Source of the DNA: Sulfurimonadaceae bacterium
Lineage (GTDB): Bacteria; Campylobacterota; Campylobacteria; Campylobacterales; Sulfurimonadaceae
Direction: 5' to 3'
Length of the DNA stretch: 25,110 bases
NCBI GenBank assembly: GCA_041562555.1
Contig: JBFEXS010000020.1
Coordinates: 1 to 25,110, forward strand
Shown: positions 9,061-17,604 of the stretch, piece by piece
How the letters are laid out: each line of letters begins with the position of its first letter
How positions within the stretch are numbered: the stretch's first letter is position 1
Notes under the pieces: generated by a model
The model's input: the letters and a program-made list of their open reading frames with translations, nothing else
Database searches by the model: none
Told to the model about the DNA's origin: nothing
Translations under genes and position numbers: made by a program

Positions 9061-10272
9061 CTAAAGTGCCAGAAAACTCATCACGACAAGTGCTACATTT
9101 AAAAAGGTAGCGACCCATGGGACCCAAAGTGGGATACAGATCACACCTTCTATCACAGGTTCTTTTTTCTTGATCCGAATCAAAGCTACATTAACCAAGG
9201 TAAATACAATCAAGATCAAGACACTCGTAAAACCGGCCAAAAAGACAATATCAAAGAACATACTGAATAACAGTGCAATCAATCCAACAGTAAGTGTCGC
9301 TTTTACAGGTGTTTTTGTACGAGGAGAGACATCTGCAAAGGTAGATGGGAGCCATGAACGAGCAGCCATACCATAGACGACACGAGACGCCATGATGATC
9401 TGTATCAACGCACCGTTTAATACAGCGAACATTCCGATCAAAGAGATCAATACCGGATCGTTATCAGTAAACTGTTGATACATATCTGCAAAAGGAGCAC
9501 GTGAGTTTTTCAATTCCTCAATACTAAGGACATCAAAAGCAACCATCAAAATCAAGATATACAATACCGTAGAGATTCCCAGAGCCAGGGTTATGGCAAT
9601 AGGATAGTTCCTTCTTGGATCCTTGACCTCCTCTGCAATATTGACTATGTCTTCAAATCCGATAAACGCATAAAAGGCGAGAAAGGTTCCTAAAAAGACC
9701 ATAGAGATATCATTAAAACTGGGACTGGGTATAAATGCGTCCCATTCAATTTTCACATTTACAATACCATCAAACCCATGGTAAATCATCCATAGAAGAC
9801 CAAATACTTCAACCAATGTCAGAAGGGCTGCGACCATCACACTCGCCTTGATCCCTTTGATGGCAATGAGTACCAATATGCTGATCAACATGACAAGTAC
9901 GAGATACTCATTGATCTCAAAAAATTGCAATAAATAACCGACAAATCCGTGTGCTAATGTAGCCGATGAGACCAATGCAGCAGCAGCAATAAGTATCCCC
10001 ACTATCAAAGAGAGTGTTTGAGAACCAAAACCCTCATGAATATAGATAGCGGCTCCGGCACTGAAAGGATAACGTGAAGCGAGTTCCATATAACTCAAAG
10101 CTGTAAAGAAGGCAACCGTACACGCCAGTATAAAAGAGAGCAGACTGAAATAACCTGATACGCCGGCGACTTTACCCACCAGTACGTATATTCCTGCACC
10201 GAGTATATTCCCCAGGCCATACAAGACTAAAAAGGACAGTCCTACTTCACGAGAAAGTTTTACCTTAACCAT
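9061..10272 (-). CDS. APC family amino acid permease
   Basis: GLGNILGAGIY, YMELASRYPFSAG, FYAFIGFEDIVNIAEEVKDPRR and SRVVYGMA motifs; GGGAG RBS. Confidence 0.92.
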   Translation of the reverse strand: MVKVKLSREVGLSFLVLYGLGNILGAGIYVLVGKVAGVSGYFSLLSFILACTVAFFTALSYMELASRYPFSAGAAIYIHEGFGSQTLSLIVGILIAAAALVSSATLAHGFVGYLLQFFEINEYLVLVMLISILVLIAIKGIKASVMVAALLTLVEVFGLLWMIYHGFDGIVNVKIEWDAFIPSPSFNDISMVFLGTFLAFYAFIGFEDIVNIAEEVKDPRRNYPIAITLALGISTVLYILILMVAFDVLSIEELKNSRAPFADMYQQFTDNDPVLISLIGMFAVLNGALIQIIMASRVVYGMAARSWLPSTFADVSPRTKTPVKATLTVGLIALLFSMFFDIVFLAGFTSVLILIVFTLVNVALIRIKKKEPVIEGVICIPLWVPWVATFLNVALVVMSFLAL

Positions 10273-10292
10273 CTAAACTCCCTGACCTTGGT

Positions 10293-10556
10293 CTACTCTG
10301 TTGTCTCCTCTTTGGAAGAGCTATTCAGACTCTTGTTCATTTTCCCCGAACGCATCTTCATATATGCAAGAAATCCAAAGATCATGCCTGTCGTAATGAA
10401 TACTGCTCCGATATAGTCCTCTTTTTGCATTGCCATAAACACCCAGCAAACATCTGCAAAAAGATAAACAATAATGGCCTGAAATGCCAAACCTCTAAAC
10501 ATCAAAAAAGCTCCTACGTTTAAAAGTATCCCGCCTAAAATTGCCAAACTAAACAT
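10293..10556 (-). CDS. Small 3-TM membrane protein (87 aa)
   Basis: Start reassigned to ATG 10556 (MFSLAILGG), which overlaps the MFS stop (ATGTTTAG); three hydrophobic segments and a basic tail. Confidence 0.75.
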   Translation of the reverse strand: MFSLAILGGILLNVGAFLMFRGLAFQAIIVYLFADVCWVFMAMQKEDYIGAVFITTGMIFGFLAYMKMRSGKMNKSLNSSSKEETTE

Positions 10557-11742
10557 GATATGCCTTTGTGATATACCTGTAATACAACGAAGCCATAAAA
10601 AAGACTGTTCCCAACAGGTAAAGCACTCCTGAAATATCCCAATCCGATTCAAGCATGACTCCGATCACTATTGAGATCAATGAACTTGTCAATAGAAATA
10701 TCATATCATTATATGCCACAACTCTTCCATAATAATCTTTATCTGTATGTTTTTGTATCAGTGTATAGGTATAAGACCACAATGTCGTTGTACACAGGCC
10801 TGTAAAGAACGAACCTAACAGTGAAAGATAAAAATTCTCTATCAAGCTTCCCCAGATGATAATTCCCAAGCCTTGAAAAAGCAGCAGATATACCAGACGT
10901 TCGCTATTGATCCACTTGCCTAAAAACAGTGGGCCAACCACCAGTCCCAAAGCCCTAACTGCATGCAAGATGCCTATACCAAGGGGGATAGCCAAGAATG
11001 TACTGTATAAATTTTTCACCATGAGCGTGACCAAGGCATCAAAGACTGTAAAACCGACAGAGGCGTGTATCAATATCAGGTGAATAATTTTGGGATTATT
11101 CCTAAGGTAGACAAGTCCTTCCTTGAAGGTGTCTAAAAAATGTTCCTGTTTTTTTTGTGTAGGTACATTGATACCCAGGTCAAAGAGCATGACGAAAGAG
11201 AGGACAAAAAGCAAACCATCAATAATAAAAGCCGTCTGTACTCCCAGTTTATAAACAAGAAAACCGCTTAATGCCATACCTAAGGTATAAGAGAGTGACC
11301 AAATGATGGAATGAATCTCATTGGCATACTGTAGGGACTTTCCACTTAAAATCTTGGGAAGAAGCGACATCTCAAGCGTGAAATAAAAGCTTGCAGCACC
11401 CATACGGATAAAGATCAAGACAAAAAGTAGCCATAACCACGATGCAGATGTGACTAGGAGCAATGAAAAAGTACTCATTATCTCCACAAAAAGCAAAACA
11501 AGCATCAGCTTTTTTGCCGAGAACCTGTCAATCAGTACACCGGAAATCGGTGCCTGCAGTACACCAGGTAAAAAGTGAAACGAAGCGATTAAAGCGATGA
11601 TAAAAGCAGAGACATCCAAATGTACCAACAATGTATATATAGCTACGTTTGAGAACCAAGCTCCAAAGTACGAGATAAGCTGAATAAGGCTTAAACGTCT
11701 TAACACCGGCTCATCTATCAAAAGGGTCACATAGTGTTTCAT
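10549..11742 (-). CDS. MFS transporter (DHA3/MFS_3-like)
   Basis: About 12 TMs; motif A variant GVLIDRFSAKK; TFKEGLVYL and LIQKHTDKDYYGRV. Confidence 0.9.
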   Translation of the reverse strand: MKHYVTLLIDEPVLRRLSLIQLISYFGAWFSNVAIYTLLVHLDVSAFIIALIASFHFLPGVLQAPISGVLIDRFSAKKLMLVLLFVEIMSTFSLLLVTSASWLWLLFVLIFIRMGAASFYFTLEMSLLPKILSGKSLQYANEIHSIIWSLSYTLGMALSGFLVYKLGVQTAFIIDGLLFVLSFVMLFDLGINVPTQKKQEHFLDTFKEGLVYLRNNPKIIHLILIHASVGFTVFDALVTLMVKNLYSTFLAIPLGIGILHAVRALGLVVGPLFLGKWINSERLVYLLLFQGLGIIIWGSLIENFYLSLLGSFFTGLCTTTLWSYTYTLIQKHTDKDYYGRVVAYNDMIFLLTSSLISIVIGVMLESDWDISGVLYLLGTVFFMASLYYRYITKAYHV

Positions 11743-11792
11743 AATATTCTATCTTTCAACGCAATCCCGGCCTTATTACAATCTGATGTGAA

Positions 11793-11801
11793 AGTGTAGC
11801 A
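11793..11801 (-). promoter_or_regulatory. Putative extended -10 promoter for the MFS operon
   Basis: Minus strand reads TGCTACACT, 50 nt upstream of the MFS ATG. Confidence 0.5.
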
Positions 11802-11817
11802 TGGAACATTTAATGCT
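11802..11817 (+). promoter_or_regulatory. Putative sigma54 (-24/-12) promoter upstream of flaG
   Basis: TGGAACATTTAATGCT has exact GG-N10-GC spacing and the Campylobacterota-type TGGAAC; one mismatch (ATGC versus TTGC). Confidence 0.55.
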
Positions 11818-11862
11818 TGATAAGTCTTACAGGTTAAACTGTTTAAAAATTCCTATTTAGGC

Positions 11863-11889
11863 TAAAGTATATTTCATTTTTGTCGATCA
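11863..11889 (+). promoter_or_regulatory. sigma28 (FliA) promoter of flaG-fliD-fliS
   Basis: TAAA-N15-GTCGATCA matches TAAA-N15-GCCGATAA with exact spacing, 33 nt before the flaG ATG. Confidence 0.8.
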
Positions 11890-11922
11890 TAGAGATATAA
11901 CTCTATAAAAAGGCTTTAGGAC

Positions 11923-12297
11923 ATGGAACTGTTTAACAATATTGCAAAACAACAAACTACTCAGATCCACACAGAACAAAGGACTGTTCAACCTAATTCT
12001 ATCCCTGCTCAAGAGATCAAGACTCAGGTCGAAACAGCCCAAGAGAATGCAAACGGCGGCAAACCTGTCACCTCAGAAGTTGAATTGAGAGACCTTATTG
12101 ACTCACTCAATAAAGCACTTGATCCGTTTAATACTTCCATTCGTTTCGGATTTGACAATCGGGATGATGTTTTTTTTGTATCCGTCGTGGATACAAGTAC
12201 AAATGATATGATCCGTCGTTTTCCTGTAGAACAGGCACATACGCTTGCAGGAAAAATGAATGAAATAGTCGGTATTATCTTCGACGAAAAAGGATAA
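11923..12297 (+). CDS. flaG: Flagellar protein FlaG
   Basis: C-terminal LN...IRFGF...VSVVD...MIRRFP.E...GIIFDEKG pattern; first gene before fliD. Confidence 0.92.
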   Translation: MELFNNIAKQQTTQIHTEQRTVQPNSIPAQEIKTQVETAQENANGGKPVTSEVELRDLIDSLNKALDPFNTSIRFGFDNRDDVFFVSVVDTSTNDMIRRFPVEQAHTLAGKMNEIVGIIFDEKG

Positions 12298-12300
12298 AAA

Positions 12301-13698
12301 ATGGCTGGTACACTTAGCTCACTTGGTCTCGGCTCAAGTGGGGCCCTGACCGCAGACACCATCGAGAAACTTAAAGCCAACGATCAAAAGTTGCAATTAG
12401 ACCCAATTAGGAGCAAGATTGAGTTTGTATCACAACAGAATCAGGCCTATGACCTTATTTCGTCTTTAGTCTCTTCTCTTGGAGCAGTTACGGGGAGCCT
12501 AGGTGGAGACCTGCTTTATCTTGACCGTTCAACTTCCGTCACCGGTGATGCGGTGAACATCTCAGCTTCTTCTGGTGTATCGCCGCAAGATTTCAGTATT
12601 GATGTAGTCGATTTGGCGACCAAAGAGATTCAGGAGTCTGACGCATTCCTATCCAGAACTGCTTTTGTCGCTTCTGGGACAGGAACTATCAATATTGCCG
12701 TTGGAACATCCAGCTTTGATATCGATGTAACCTCAACGACAACGCTTGAGGACCTGTCTCAAATGATCAATGATCAAGCGGGAGGCGCATTAAAGGCACA
12801 GATTTTAAATGTAGCCGATGGTGATTACAGACTTGTCCTTACTTCCGGCGACACCGGTCTTGATCAGGATATTGTTGTAACAGATTCATCTGCGCTTCTC
12901 TTACAAAACCTTACCCAGGCAACTGCTATACAGGAAGGGAGTGATGCACATTTTAAATACAATGGCATTGACTTTACACGTAATAGCAATACCTTTGACG
13001 ATATTATCACAGGTGTTGAAATTACCTTGAATGAGACCGGTCTTAGTAATGTCACCATTTCGCAAGACAGTAGTAATATTGCCGAAGAGATGTCGAGCTT
13101 TGTTTCTGCCTATAATTCTCTGTTCAACGAGATCGACAATGCACTGACAGCAGACCCAGAAGAAGGAACCGTAGGCGTTTTTAACGGGGATAACACCTTC
13201 AAGTCTTTGGCAAGAGATATTAAAAACACTCTATTTGCCAGCAATACAGACAATCAATCTTTAGCTGGATACTTCTCTACAGTAAGTTCAGATGGCACCT
13301 TGACATCTGCTTTTGAACTGACTGAAACAGGCAGACTCATTTTTAATGAGAGTGTCTTTAAAGAGAAGTTCAATGAAGACCCTGCCGCTGCAGAAGCATT
13401 TTTAAAATACTCCACTAACGACAATGGTGAACAGGTTAATGGTGTCTTTAAGAACTTAGATGATTTTATTGACAATCAAGTTGGGTTCAATGGTATTTTA
13501 AGTAAATTTGGAGACAACCTTAACGATCAGATCACTCGTCTTGAAGAAGAAGGGGCTCGAGCACAAGAATTGATTGACTCGCGCTACGAAACAATGTTTC
13601 TGCGTTTTGCCGCTTATGACCGTATCATTGGTGGTTTAGAAAGACAATTCAGCGCCTTGAGCTTGCAGATTGAAGCTGCAATCAATGCGAAAAAATAA
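12301..13698 (+). CDS. fliD: Flagellar filament cap protein FliD
   Basis: MAGTLSSLGLGS N-terminus, DAHFKYNGIDFTRNSNTFDDII.GV, FVSAYNSL and C-terminal RY...F..YD..I helix. Confidence 0.93.
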   Translation: MAGTLSSLGLGSSGALTADTIEKLKANDQKLQLDPIRSKIEFVSQQNQAYDLISSLVSSLGAVTGSLGGDLLYLDRSTSVTGDAVNISASSGVSPQDFSIDVVDLATKEIQESDAFLSRTAFVASGTGTINIAVGTSSFDIDVTSTTTLEDLSQMINDQAGGALKAQILNVADGDYRLVLTSGDTGLDQDIVVTDSSALLLQNLTQATAIQEGSDAHFKYNGIDFTRNSNTFDDIITGVEITLNETGLSNVTISQDSSNIAEEMSSFVSAYNSLFNEIDNALTADPEEGTVGVFNGDNTFKSLARDIKNTLFASNTDNQSLAGYFSTVSSDGTLTSAFELTETGRLIFNESVFKEKFNEDPAAAEAFLKYSTNDNGEQVNGVFKNLDDFIDNQVGFNGILSKFGDNLNDQITRLEEEGARAQELIDSRYETMFLRFAAYDRIIGGLERQFSALSLQIEAAINAKK

Positions 13699-13709
13699 AG
13701 GATACCTAA

Positions 13710-14090
13710 ATGAACAACTCACTAGCTTATAATACATATGCTCAAAATGACATTGGTATCGAATCACCTCAAAAACTGGTTGAGATGCTGTATGAGGGTA
13801 TTTTACGTTTTAACATGCAGGCAAAACGTGCGATATTAGACAATGATATTGAAAAACGCACATACTGGATCAACCGTTCGGCTGCAGTTATCACCGAACT
13901 TCTTAATACACTTGACATGGAAGCAGGTGGTGATATCAGTACTTACCTACAAGGCTTGTATACCCATCAACTACAAACACTCGCAAATGCAAACAGCGAT
14001 AATAGCGCTGACAAAATAGACAGCGTTAACAGGGTCATCAAAGGCCTGCTTGAAGCATGGAGAGAGAGTACCCAAGTTGCAGTGGGCTAA
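13710..14090 (+). CDS. fliS: Flagellin export chaperone FliS
   Basis: AYNTYAQN...SPQKLVEMLYEGILRF...L.GLY...LLEAWRE; AAGGA RBS. Confidence 0.95.
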   Translation: MNNSLAYNTYAQNDIGIESPQKLVEMLYEGILRFNMQAKRAILDNDIEKRTYWINRSAAVITELLNTLDMEAGGDISTYLQGLYTHQLQTLANANSDNSADKIDSVNRVIKGLLEAWRESTQVAVG

Positions 14091-14331
14091 ACAACTAAAG
14101 ATAGCTCTGGCGGAAGAAGATGAGCTTAAGATTGAGAAGACGATTGAAAGTCTGCCTACTTTTGAAACTCTGGAGCAGATGAAAGAGGCAGCTCATTTAA
14201 TGCAGGAGGCATATGTTTTTTTGAATACCCGAAAAGAAGAATATGCTTCAAAACTCTTAAAACTCAAAAAACAAAGAGAATTTCTTAGTTCAAACATCAC
14301 TCAGACCAATTCATTCAATCAGAGTCATTAA
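14077..14331 (+). CDS. Small helical protein after fliS (FliT-like)
   Basis: Probable TTG start at 14077 after GGAGAG, overlapping the fliS stop; W..QLKIAL start and helical composition; occupies the fliT position. Start uncertain (14050 alternative). Confidence 0.65.
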   Translation: MQWAKQLKIALAEEDELKIEKTIESLPTFETLEQMKEAAHLMQEAYVFLNTRKEEYASKLLKLKKQREFLSSNITQTNSFNQSH

Positions 14332-14400
14332 CACTCTTTTCAGCAATTATCACACTCTCTTTTTTTCCTTCTCTTCAACTATTTATCATCTTATTTTAGA

Positions 14401-14406
14401 TAGAAT
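14401..14406 (+). promoter_or_regulatory. Putative -10 box for argG
   Basis: TAGAAT after a T-rich tract, 33 nt before the ATG. Confidence 0.45.
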
Positions 14407-14439
14407 CGCGATAATAAAATCCTCAAAAGAAGGTCTTTC

Positions 14440-15672
14440 ATGAAAAAAGAAGTAAAAAAAGTTGTTTTAGCCTATTCAGGCGGTTTAGATACAAGTGTTA
14501 TTTTAAAATGGTTACAAGATGAGTATCAATGTGAGGTTGTAACGTTTACAGCTGACCTGGGTCAGGGAGAAGAACTTGAACCGGCTCGTTTAAAAGCCCT
14601 CGAACTTGGTATCAAACCTGAGAACATTTTTATTGATGACCTTAGAGAAGAGTTTGTCAAAGACTTTGTTTTCCCAATGTTCCGTGCTAATGCAATTTAT
14701 GAAGGTGAATATCTCTTAGGTACTTCTATCGCCCGTCCGCTTATCGCAAAGCGTCAAGCAGAGATTGCCAAGATCACCGGTGCAGATGGTGTAGCGCATG
14801 GAGCGACAGGCAAAGGAAATGATCAGGTACGTTTTGAAATGGGTTACCTTGGTCAAGATTCTACATTGACAATTATTGCACCTTGGAGAGAGTGGGATCT
14901 AAACTCCCGTGAAAAGCTTTTGGCATATGCACGTGAACATGGTATTGCAATCGATAAGAAACATCTTGATGAGAACGGGAACCCTAAAGCAAGCCCATAC
15001 TCGATGGATGCCAACCTTCTACACATCTCCTATGAAGGGCTTCATCTAGAGGACCCGTTTGCCGAGCCTGAAGATGACATGTGGTTGTGGACCAATTCTC
15101 CGGAAAATGCTCCAGATGAACCGGAATACATCGAGATAGGTTATGCCCATGGTGATCCTGTAACCCTTAATGGGAATACGCTAAGCCCGGCCACTATGCT
15201 TAAAACATTGAATGAGCTTGGAAACAAGCACGGTATCGGACGTATTGATATTGTAGAGAACCGCTTTGTCGGTATGAAAGCGCGTGGATGTTATGAGACT
15301 CCGGGCGGGACAATCATGCTAAAAGCACACCGAGCAATCGAATCTATCACCCTTGATAGAGAAGCTGCCCATCTCAAAGATGAGATGATGCCGCGTTATG
15401 CGAAACTGATTTACAATGGTTTCTGGTTCTCTCCTGAACGTGAGATGCTACAGGCTTCTATTGACAAATCACAAGAGTTTGTCAATGGGGTCGTTCGCCT
15501 AAAACTGTACAAAGGCAATGTGATCGTTGTCGGACGCCAATCTGTCGACTCACTTTTCAATGAAGAATATTCAACCTTTGAAGAAGACGAAGTCTACAAT
15601 CAAAAAGATGCAGAAGGCTTTATCAAGCTGAATGCTTTACGCTTTATCATTGCAGGAAAAGCACGTAAATAA
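14440..15672 (+). CDS. argG: Argininosuccinate synthase
   Basis: [35 protein letters not shown] and YETPGGT motifs. Confidence 0.98.
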   Translation: MKKEVKKVVLAYSGGLDTSVILKWLQDEYQCEVVTFTADLGQGEELEPARLKALELGIKPENIFIDDLREEFVKDFVFPMFRANAIYEGEYLLGTSIARPLIAKRQAEIAKITGADGVAHGATGKGNDQVRFEMGYLGQDSTLTIIAPWREWDLNSREKLLAYAREHGIAIDKKHLDENGNPKASPYSMDANLLHISYEGLHLEDPFAEPEDDMWLWTNSPENAPDEPEYIEIGYAHGDPVTLNGNTLSPATMLKTLNELGNKHGIGRIDIVENRFVGMKARGCYETPGGTIMLKAHRAIESITLDREAAHLKDEMMPRYAKLIYNGFWFSPEREMLQASIDKSQEFVNGVVRLKLYKGNVIVVGRQSVDSLFNEEYSTFEEDEVYNQKDAEGFIKLNALRFIIAGKARK

Positions 15673-15678
15673 GCGATA

Positions 15679-15700
15679 GACAGATGCACTTGCATCGGTC
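15679..15700 (+). terminator. Stem-loop after argG (possible terminator or stabilising hairpin)
   Basis: GAC-A-GATGC-ACTT-GCATC-G-GTC, 6 nt after the stop; no clear U-tract. Confidence 0.35.
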
Positions 15701-15791
15701 AATAATTTAGACTTACAAAAGCCTGCTATGCATTTGCGTTGGGCACCTCTCATCTTATAAACTATCTTTTAAAAACAGAAGGTGAGTCATT

Positions 15792-15797
15792 TATAAT
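15792..15797 (+). promoter_or_regulatory. Putative -10 box for the FTR-rhodanese gene
   Basis: TATAAT 22 nt before ATG 15820, followed by the AAAGG RBS. Confidence 0.55.
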
Positions 15798-15819
15798 TTT
15801 TTACAAAGGTCATATCGTT

Positions 15820-16551
15820 ATGAGTACTGAAATGAAAAAAGTTGATCCGGAGTCAGCTGAATTTAAAATCGAGTTAGAAAAAACAATCAAGTTTACTGAT
15901 AAAGTCATTGCCCAATTTGGTTATGCCTATAACCCGGATACACAGATCAATGAGGGTATTCAAATGGGACTTACACGCAACAAACTCATCTATGACAAGC
16001 GTTATTGTCCCTGCTTTTTTGTGACAGGGAATAAAGAAGAAGACAGAATCTGCCCATGTAAACCTGCTATTGAGCATGAGATCCCTAACGACGGCGTCTG
16101 CCATTGTCAAATCTTCTGTACTCCTGAGTATGCTGCGGCCAAAGCATGTAAAGATGAACTTGAAGCGGTCACCCACGAGCATTCCCGTGGTTTGACCACT
16201 GCCGAATGTGAACTACTACTGAGTAAGACTGATATTGACACGGATGAGTTGACCTCTTTACTTGAAGCCCGTGAACTTGGTATGGTTGATTTTAATCTTG
16301 TAGATGTACGTGAATGGATGGAGCATCAAAGCGGTCACATCAAAGGAACTGACGCCCTCGTACCTACGACAAGCTTTTTTGATTCCCTTGCCAAAGCTGC
16401 ACTGGACACAGACAAAAGCTTGATCGTCTATTGCCATGTAGGTAGCAGAAGTGCCCATTGTCAACGTATTCTATCCGACAAGATGAACTTCAGATCTGTT
16501 ATCAATCTTGCCCACGGGATCTCCGGTTATAGAGGGGAAGTAATCCGTTAA
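15820..16551 (+). CDS. Ferredoxin:thioredoxin reductase catalytic-subunit domain fused to a rhodanese domain (243 aa)
   Basis: GL..NK..Y...YCPC, ICPC and CHC motifs typical of the FTR catalytic chain; C-terminal LVDVRE.ME...GHIKG...VYCHVGSRS...NL.HGI rhodanese. ATG 15820 has an RBS (alternative 15832). Confidence 0.88.
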   Translation: MSTEMKKVDPESAEFKIELEKTIKFTDKVIAQFGYAYNPDTQINEGIQMGLTRNKLIYDKRYCPCFFVTGNKEEDRICPCKPAIEHEIPNDGVCHCQIFCTPEYAAAKACKDELEAVTHEHSRGLTTAECELLLSKTDIDTDELTSLLEARELGMVDFNLVDVREWMEHQSGHIKGTDALVPTTSFFDSLAKAALDTDKSLIVYCHVGSRSAHCQRILSDKMNFRSVINLAHGISGYRGEVIR

Positions 16552-16574
16552 CAATTTACATCTAAGTGCAATTT

Positions 16575-16583
16575 TGATAGAAT
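16575..16583 (+). promoter_or_regulatory. Extended -10 promoter for the rplI operon
   Basis: TGATAGAAT, with TAAGT 10 nt upstream of the hexamer. Confidence 0.6.
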
Positions 16584-16609
16584 CACTGAAATAACTATAA
16601 AGAGAAAAA

Positions 16610-17056
16610 ATGAAAGTATTATTAATCAAAGATGTCAAAAGCCTTGGAAAAGCGGGTGAAGTCAAAGAAGTGAAAGATGGCTATGGTCAAAACTTCTTGA
16701 TTGCCAAAGGTTTGGCCAAAGCAGCCACCAATGCTGTTCTAAATCAGCACAAGGCTCATGAAAAGAAGAAAGCCGAAGATGAAGCAGCTGAACTGGAGAG
16801 GCTTAAAGAAGTAAAAGAGAAGCTAACAACACTGGTAACGACAATCAAGAAAAAAGTAGGAGAAAACGGACATCTTTTTGGTGCCGTAACCAAAGATGAG
16901 ATTGCCCATGCCGTTGAAGAACAACATAATATTCATATCGACAAAAAACACATTGTCCACAAACTTTCGATGAAAGAACTCGGAACACATGAAATTGATC
17001 TAAAACTCGGGCATGGATTACATGCTATGATGAAGATTGATATTGTCAGTGAATAA
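16610..17056 (+). CDS. rplI: 50S ribosomal protein L9
   Basis: [30 protein letters not shown] and GHLFGAVT. Confidence 0.98.
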   Translation: MKVLLIKDVKSLGKAGEVKEVKDGYGQNFLIAKGLAKAATNAVLNQHKAHEKKKAEDEAAELERLKEVKEKLTTLVTTIKKKVGENGHLFGAVTKDEIAHAVEEQHNIHIDKKHIVHKLSMKELGTHEIDLKLGHGLHAMMKIDIVSE

Positions 17057-17067
17057 GAAAGGTCAAG

Positions 17068-17604
17068 ATGTTTGATGCGACTACGATACTGGCATATAAG
17101 GGTAAAGACAAGGCAGTGATCGGTGGGGATGGACAGGTGACCTTTGGAGACTCTGTTTTAAAAAACAATGCCACAAAAATCCGCACCCTCTATAAAGGTG
17201 AGATTCTTGCCGGCTTTGCGGGTTCTACAGCTGATGCCTTCAATCTATTCGATATGTTCGAAGATTTTTTGGCCAATCGTAAGGGTGATCTTATCAAAGC
17301 TGTTATCGACTTTTCAAAGGCATGGAGAAAAGATAAAGTACTCCGTCGTCTTGAGGCCATGATGATAGTCCTGAACCGAGAACACATCTATATACTGACA
17401 GGAAACGGTGATGTTGTTGAACCTGAGGATGGGGAGATCGCATCTATCGGTTCTGGGGGAAATTTCGCTATTTCAGCTGCACGCGCGCTTAAACGACATG
17501 CTGATATGGATGAAGAATCTCTGGTACGAGAATCTCTACAGATAGCTTCCGAACTTTGTATCTACACGAATAATAATATTAAACTTCTTTCACTGGACAC
17601 CTGA
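17068..17604 (+). CDS. hslV: ATP-dependent protease peptidase subunit HslV
   Basis: [20 protein letters not shown] and SIGSGGNFA motifs. Confidence 0.98.
   Translation: MFDATTILAYKGKDKAVIGGDGQVTFGDSVLKNNATKIRTLYKGEILAGFAGSTADAFNLFDMFEDFLANRKGDLIKAVIDFSKAWRKDKVLRRLEAMMIVLNREHIYILTGNGDVVEPEDGEIASIGSGGNFAISAARALKRHADMDEESLVRESLQIASELCIYTNNNIKLLSLDT

Noticed and set aside
12024..12380. 118-aa minus-strand ORF
   Set aside because: Antisense to flaG/fliD. The other 60-100 aa nested ORFs in the track were rejected for the same reason.
14331..14380. Pyrimidine-rich tract with ACACTCT repeated twice
   Set aside because: Too short and low-complexity to call a repeat, terminator or operator.
17068..17085. 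HslV begins MFDA before the catalytic Thr
   Set aside because: Short N-terminal extensions of this kind are common in HslV from this phylum.
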